A stretch of DNA of 64,000 nucleotides from Chrysomallon squamiferum (taxonomy: Eukaryota > Animalia > Mollusca), in contig CM022672.1 in NCBI GenBank assembly GCA_012295275.1, positions 29,450,001 through 29,514,000 on the forward strand. The letters run 5' to 3'. Each line of letters begins with the position of its first letter. Within the stretch, counting starts at the first letter, position 1. Shown here one piece after another: positions 57,853 to 64,000 of the stretch. Below the pieces are notes generated by a model. The model had not been told where the DNA came from, searched no databases, and worked only from the letters and a program-made list of their open reading frames with translations. The position numbers and the translations under genes were made by a program.

Positions 57853-60800
57853 ATTTTTCTTCTTTTTTTTCTATTTTATTCCTTTTCTTCTATCATTTTA
57901 TTTCTTCTCTTTTTTTTCATATTGTCATTTTAAAAAAAAAGAATTATTATGATTATAATTTTGTATTTTAAAGATCTGGTCCAGCTTTAAAATCCTTATT
58001 TCATGATTCTTTTTTTCTGTCTATATTTCTTGGTGTGAATTATATAATATTTGCAAAACACTTTTTGTATGTTCTGTTTTATGGTATGAACAGCATTTGT
58101 TTCAACGGTATAGAATGTTATGTGATTACTGTCCTGGGTAGAATTTGTAATTACACTTCCATTAACTGAGTAAGTATCTGTGTTTTTTTTTTTTTTGTTT
58201 GCTTGTATTGTGCTCTACCAGTTTACTGTTTTGGGTAGTAAATTTATCTTTCTCTTATACTGAGCAGGTGCTAGTGCATTGGTTCTTTTCCCAGTTGAAT
58301 CTATATAAAGTTTTGTATCAAAATGGAAAACTATTTCACATTTAACATTATGGAAGCTGCACAAGTTAGAGTGACTTTTTGTGCACATTAAAAGGTGGAC
58401 AACATTTGTATTACAACCAGAAAAAATTCTGTGTAAACAGAAAGCATAAAGAGAGAAAATTTACTTGAGGTATACTACATCGCAACGTAGAGCTTAACGA
58501 TACAGTATAGAGAGTCTGTTTCTTCCACTACACAGTGTATTTGGTGCTACACACAAAAGGTAGGCTTGGTAACAGAATATTCTGAGAATGATGAAATACA
58601 AAAGGTAGTAATATGTGCTTTAGCCGTTCAGATGGTTCCATTGGATAAATGAAGACATTTGGGCTGAAAATATATATCCCCAAGGTGCACAGATGACACA
58701 ACTGATGGACTATGTTATGGATATGTGGATAGAAGGACCATAGTCACTAGAAATATGGAACTATTTTGGCAATGATACCAATAACCACTTGGAAGGATGG
58801 CATCACAAGATAAACAAAACTGTCCAGAAGAATAATCTGAACATTTTTGAGATGGTAGGGCTTCTGAAACATGAGCTATTTGTATTGGAAGTAAAACTGC
58901 ACCGAAAGACTAGCAGATCAACAACCACATCACCAACATGGAGTACACAGATCACTTCGGAGAACTTCTACATCTCAGCTGATCACTGCGAGAATAAAAA
59001 AAATTTGAACTACAAATACAAATATTGTTATAACTAAAATTTATTTTAAAATGAATTCTATCTATGTAATATATTTTCTATGGGAAAATATATATATAAA
59101 AGATCCCTTGCTGGTGTATTATTCTGTGGTACTTACTTAAGCTTGAAAACTTAGTAACAAACTAAGATAACATATTTTAATAACTAAAAGATTAGTTACA
59201 AAGTTAAGGTAACCAAGTGGGCTTAATGAGAATAATATTATCTATTAATGCTATTTGCCTTTATACTGTATTGTTAGAATCGTACAAACTATTACCACTG
59301 ATGGTCAGTTTATTTGATATATATATAAAATAATTACCCATATTCAATTCTTGTTGGTGTTGTTATTCTCTAGTGGATACAGAATAGTCATTTAGTAGTT
59401 TAAGCTGTCTCAGATCATTAACACCTTGTCACGTGATGCTGTTATTGTCTGCTACCCTTTAGACTAGTCACCGTGACACTTGGTCTTGCCTAATTTGTGT
59501 TATTTTTAATTTTTATATAGTATCTTGAATATTGATTATTCTTTCATGAATTAATTTCTTTAATTCCTGCATTATTCCTCCTATTCCAAGATTTTTGCAA
59601 AAGCTTGTTAATCTTGAGAAATATTTCAGTAGTTCCATGCCAAATGAATTCTTTCAAAAGTTGTAACAACAAATTAGAATGTTTCTATATTTTCAGGCAG
59701 TTGACAAAATACTACACGACTCGAATCACAGAGTGTCTGGCATTCTGCTGAAAGACGGGAGTGAGATCAAAGCGAAATGTGTCTTATCAAACACCACACC
59801 CAAAATAACCTTCCTTGAACTGTTGTCTGAGGCAGGTACAGTTTAGAACATTTAAAATAAGTAAAACTAGTTTATCATTCACCTGTTTGAGCATGTGTGT
59901 TCATATGTACTTCTCAGTTTTTGTTAGTATTTTTAATGTACTTTTTCTGTATTTTCTTTTATTTATTATTAGTTTATAAATCATTTTATGGTCTTCCTCT
60001 GTGTATTTGTGTAGTGTGTGTATTGATCTGCACGTCTCTGTTTTTGTTTGTATTTATAATGACTTTTGTTTTTCTTTGGGTTTACTCTTTTGTTTTTCTC
60101 TTTTTTGATAAGTTTATAAACTAGTTTATGGTCTACCTGACTGTGCTTTGCATGAGAATGTGTATTTATTCCTCTCTGTTTTTGTTTTTTAAATTTGTTT
60201 TTATTTGAGTTTATTTTGCTTTTGCTGTACATAGGATCAGTAGCTCCGTGTAATTGAGTTTGCTAATTTGTAGTGAATATGTGGTTTATATGTGTCTGTG
60301 TGCTACCCGTGTGTTTCTGGGTGTTTGAGTGCATTTTTATAGTGTTTTTCTGGCTGTATGTCTGCTTGTTTGAATTCAGTCTGCCTTTATTTATTTGTAC
60401 AGTCAAACTATTTATAACACCAACACTAGTGCTCAGCTGATTTTTGGTTCTATAATGAAATGACTGGTAAAACAAGTTTTCTGAGATTATGATTTACCAT
60501 GTGCACAAAAACTTGATACTAGACCCCAGATACCTCCATGTATATCTGATTCTCTCAGAGAACAACAAACAGTATACTGACTTGTATATCTCTGTAGTCT
60601 GGTCACCTATGTTCTTATCTTTCATGTTTTCTCAAAGAACTGCATGTTAGATGTTTGTTTGTCTGATGTCAGAGAATTGGTGCAAGATTCTGTGTTGTTC
60701 ACAACACAAAACATGAGGTAAGGGGAGGATCTCATAAGATTATGTAACATAATTTATCTGTCTCTCTGTTACTATGCAGTCACATGCATTTAAATAGCAT

Positions 60801-61273
60801 TTTCTGTTGACAGAGATCTCTTCCTGGTGACCTGGTGAAAGAAATCTCTCTCTTCAACTACTCGTCTCCTGTCACAAAAATAAATGGTAAAAAATAAATA
60901 TATATCCTTCATTTCATTTCATTTCATCATTTCATCTCATTTCATTTCTTTATTTCATCATTTTATTTCATCATTTCATCTTATTTCATTTCTTTATTTC
61001 ATCATTTTATTTCATTTCATCATTCCATCTCATTTCAATTCTTTATTTCATTTCATCATTCCATCTCATTTCAATTCTTTATTTCATTATTTCATTTCAT
61101 TATTTGATTATTTCATTTCATTATTTCATTTAATTATTTCATTTCTTTATTTCAATTTATTACTTTGTTTAATTTAATTTTATCTAAAAAGAGAATGGAT
61201 TAATAACATCTTAAATGGATTATAACTGTCACTACTAGTTACTCCTTGTTAAAATGATATCTCTTTCGCTTTC

Positions 61274-61335
<62 letters not shown>

Positions 61336-61530
61336 TTGCAGTTAACAGACTACCAAATTTCACAGCTGATCCTAACAAATACGACAACCAACCAATGCCC
61401 CACCACCAAACTACCATCCATCTCAACTGTGAACACAGCCAGCTGATAGACCACGCCTACATAGACTGCCTGCAGGGCCACCTACCTTCTAGGTACCAGT
61501 GTAGCAAGTTACATTGCTTAATCTTTTTAT

Positions 61531-61608
<78 letters not shown>

Positions 61609-62009
61609 GATTTATGGAATGTGTGAGTGTGCATTTTTTGAAGGGTAAGCTGTTCCTGTGTGTGTATGAAAGCATGTGCGTTACATGGATATTTCTTTAT
61701 TCTGTTTTTTTTATTTTTATAATTTGTATATTGTCATCATCATCATCATTGTCATCATTATTGTTATTTTTTCACATGATAATGCATTATATACATATTT
61801 AATCTGAAATAAATATGTTTTTATATATATATATATATATATATATTTAGGCCAATGATTGAAATGACAATTCCATCTGTTCTGGACCACACCCTAGCCC
61901 CTCCTGGGTGTCATGTGGTACTGCTGTTCACACAATACACACCCTACCATCTGGCCAATGGTCAAGAGTGGGACAGTGAGAGAAAAAATGAATATACAAA
62001 TATTGGTAT

Positions 62010-62070
<61 letters not shown>

Positions 62071-62604
62071 CAGCTCGCATAAAATAAAAAAAGAAGAAAG
62101 AAAAAGATAAATTCTGCAAGATTATTTTATGTTATAGCAATGTTATGTTATAATTATATTATTTTATATTATTTATTTGCTTATTATGCTTTAACATAAA
62201 ACCTGAAGTCATGACTTAGCAAAAATTATTGATTATTGTACGTAAGATTAGCAAACTGTATTTGTTCACTTTCTAAATATGTGTGTTTGTGTTTGTATAT
62301 TTGTCTATCTATATAACTACAATAAAAAAAAAAATCGAATAGGATTTTAAGCTAAGCTTAATGTAATATTAATATTCTGACACACTTCCAGTAAAATTAT
62401 GTTCTCTATGTTTGATTTACAGTTTTTGAAACAATAGAAAACTACGCACCCGGTTTTATAGACAGCGTTGTTGGAGTTGACATTCTTTCACCGCCAGATC
62501 TGGAACATGAATTTGGACTCACTGGAGGGGTAAGCTGTGGACATGACACGCCTTAATAAAAAATACCTCATAGTGCATACGAAGTGGCATTATAACCTTT
62601 CTCT

Positions 62605-62644
<40 letters not shown>

Positions 62645-63258
62645 GAACAACAACCACAATGACAATGATAATAACAATAACAGCAACAACAAACAAGAAC
62701 AAGAATAATAATAATAATGATAAAGATGATGAGTAACAATAACAACAACAACAACAACAACAAAAATAATAACCACTACCATTAAGTTAATACTAAGATG
62801 GTTTGTGCTTAATCAAATCCTCATTCATTCATTCATTCACTGATTTATTCATTCTTTCATTCTTGTCTCAGAATATATTCCACTGGACCATGTCACTGGA
62901 TCAGTTGTTCATTCTTTTTTATTCATTCATCCATCCATCCATCCATTTACTGATTTATTCATTCTTTCATTCTTGTCTCAGAATATATTCCACGGGGCGA
63001 TGTCACTGGATCAGCTGTACCTGTCACGACCACACACGTCTCTGTGTAGCTACAGAACTCCAGTCAGAGGTCTCTACCTGTGTGGCAGCTCTACACATCC
63101 AGGTAATTATATGTCCAGTCTAGGCATACCTGAATATTAGTTTGGCAAAAGATAAAAAAGACAACAACATATAATTATATCTGTGTATATTAATGAAGAC
63201 TGGGTATTTATGATGTGAATATAAAATGGTCAAATATAATTTAGTTTAAGTATGCTAA

Positions 63259-63311
<53 letters not shown>

Positions 63312-64000
63312 TATATATGCACATATATGTATATTTGAATGTCTGGACAAACATGAACATACATTCTTGCACCACATACACACAGATATCAGATATACAT
63401 ATGCATACACAGACACACACACATATTGGGGATAGTAATAATAAATAAAATAAATAAATAAATAAATAAATAAAATTACCTAAAGAACACTGAATTCACA
63501 GCATTTCAATGTAAAAGATTCCAGTTTTGTCTTGCAAGCTGAAGATTTGCTTCCATTACTTACAACTGGATTTTGATTCATGTTTGTCAGTTTTTTGTAT
63601 TGATTTCTCTCATATGTGCTGGTAACAAGTGCTTGTACATTTAACATCATATTTCTAGGGGTGGGGGGATGGGTAGAGAGAGGACTAGAAAGAGTGAATG
63701 TTATATATATTTGAGCATTTATTGGTATTTAATGTGTATCTGCGGATGTTTACATGTGTGTATAAATGTGTTAATGAGCATGTGTGTGTGTGTGAAACCT
63801 GTGCATGTTTGTATATTTATATGTACAGTTTAAACAAGTGATAAAATACATGGTGGAAAACAAAACAATAAAAACAAAAAAGTATCCAAACTGGATTTGT
63901 CAGTGTACTAAGTCATACCAAAAGAATTCGTCTTCAATTTAGAGGCTGAAAATAATTTTCCAACTGTTTTACAGGTGGAGGTGTGATGGGCTCACCTGGA
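50669..64000 (+). CDS. PYROXD2: Pyridine nucleotide-disulfide oxidoreductase domain-containing protein 2, 3' end runs off the window. Exons 50669-50798, 51479-51498, 51771-51864, 53022-53095, 53643-53798, 55399-55552, 56483-56544, 57001-57098, 57499-57640, 59697-59831, 60814-60886, 61336-61492, 61851-62005, 62423-62529, 62982-63102, 63975-end
   Basis: Arg-rich mitochondrial-type presequence, FAD motif [13 protein letters not shown], then [131 protein letters not shown]. Phases are consistent if introns 8 and 10 are GC-AG. Confidence 0.95.
56075..56081 (+). promoter_or_regulatory. TATA-like box at -30 of the U1 gene
   Basis: TATAAAA 30-24 nt upstream of U1 +1. Confidence 0.4.
56105..56269 (+). 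ncRNA. RNU1: U1 spliceosomal snRNA gene (165 nt) inside PYROXD2 intron 6
   Basis: 5' ATACTTACCTGG; stem-loop I GGGAGG..ACCAT-loop-GTGGT-CCTCCC; loop II ATTGCAC; stem III TCGCCC/GGGCGA; helix H GTAC/GTAC; Sm site AATTTTTTAG; stem-loop IV GGGG..GCG-TTCG-CGC..CCCC. Stem changes relative to vertebrate U1 are compensatory. Confidence 0.97.
56290..56302 (+). terminator. Candidate snRNA 3' box
   Basis: GTTTCTAAAAAAC about 20 nt downstream of the U1 3' end resembles GTTTN0-3AAA. A second copy of this flank occurs at 56361-56390. Confidence 0.35.
57324..57426. repeat. 51-bp tandem duplication in PYROXD2 intron 8
   Basis: GATAATGAAACAATTC..TATTTAAAT.TTATTAATATTTAATAC.TAAAT twice in tandem. Confidence 0.85.
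58440..59000 (+). mobile_element. Decayed MULE/Mutator-like DNA transposase fragment in PYROXD2 intron 9
   Basis: CFFHYT (CxxH motif) at 58517 and [21 protein letters not shown]...[12 protein letters not shown] at about 58753-58875, the typical MULE TNN.LEGWH catalytic-Glu motif. Stops and frameshifts present. Confidence 0.75.
59341..59464 (+). repeat. Dispersed ~125-bp repeat, copy 2
   Basis: Same-orientation match to 49451-49577. Confidence 0.85.
60908..61155. repeat. (ATTTC)n-derived low-complexity satellite
   Basis: Imperfect ATTTC/ATTTCATC repeats. Confidence 0.85.
62839..63020 (+). repeat. 110-nt-period duplication of the PYROXD2 intron 14/exon 15 boundary
   Basis: ACTGATTTATTCATTCTTTCATTCTTGTCTCAG|AATATATTCCAC occurs twice (AG ending 62871 and 62981), each followed by ATGTCACTGGATCAG. 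Confidence 0.95.

Overview
AT-rich, microsatellite-dense animal genomic DNA with spliceosomal introns. It is probably a mollusc/lophotrochozoan (inference from gene style and repeats). There is no prokaryotic content. Four protein-coding genes can be rebuilt from splice sites and reading frame: (1) a Mieap/SPATA18-like gene (+, 3' exons 7856-10731); (2) an HSPA12-family Hsp70 (+, ~19806/25881-40769) with a very long low-complexity N-terminus and apparently two alternative first exons; (3) V-ATPase V0 subunit e (-, 48351-46552), absent from the ORF track because its exons are short; (4) PYROXD2 (+, 50669 to beyond the window end, 16 exons seen). A structurally intact U1 snRNA gene with a variant loop I and a TATA-like box lies in PYROXD2 intron 6. 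PYROXD2 also needs two near-identical GC-AG donors and has a duplicated 3' splice site before exon 15. Also present are a decayed LINE RT fragment, a decayed MULE transposase fragment, several degenerate repeat arrays, ten CRE palindromes confined to the HSPA12 locus, M-box/CLEAR motifs, and a CpG-rich/CpG-poor mosaic. All calls were made by eye; no database searches were run.
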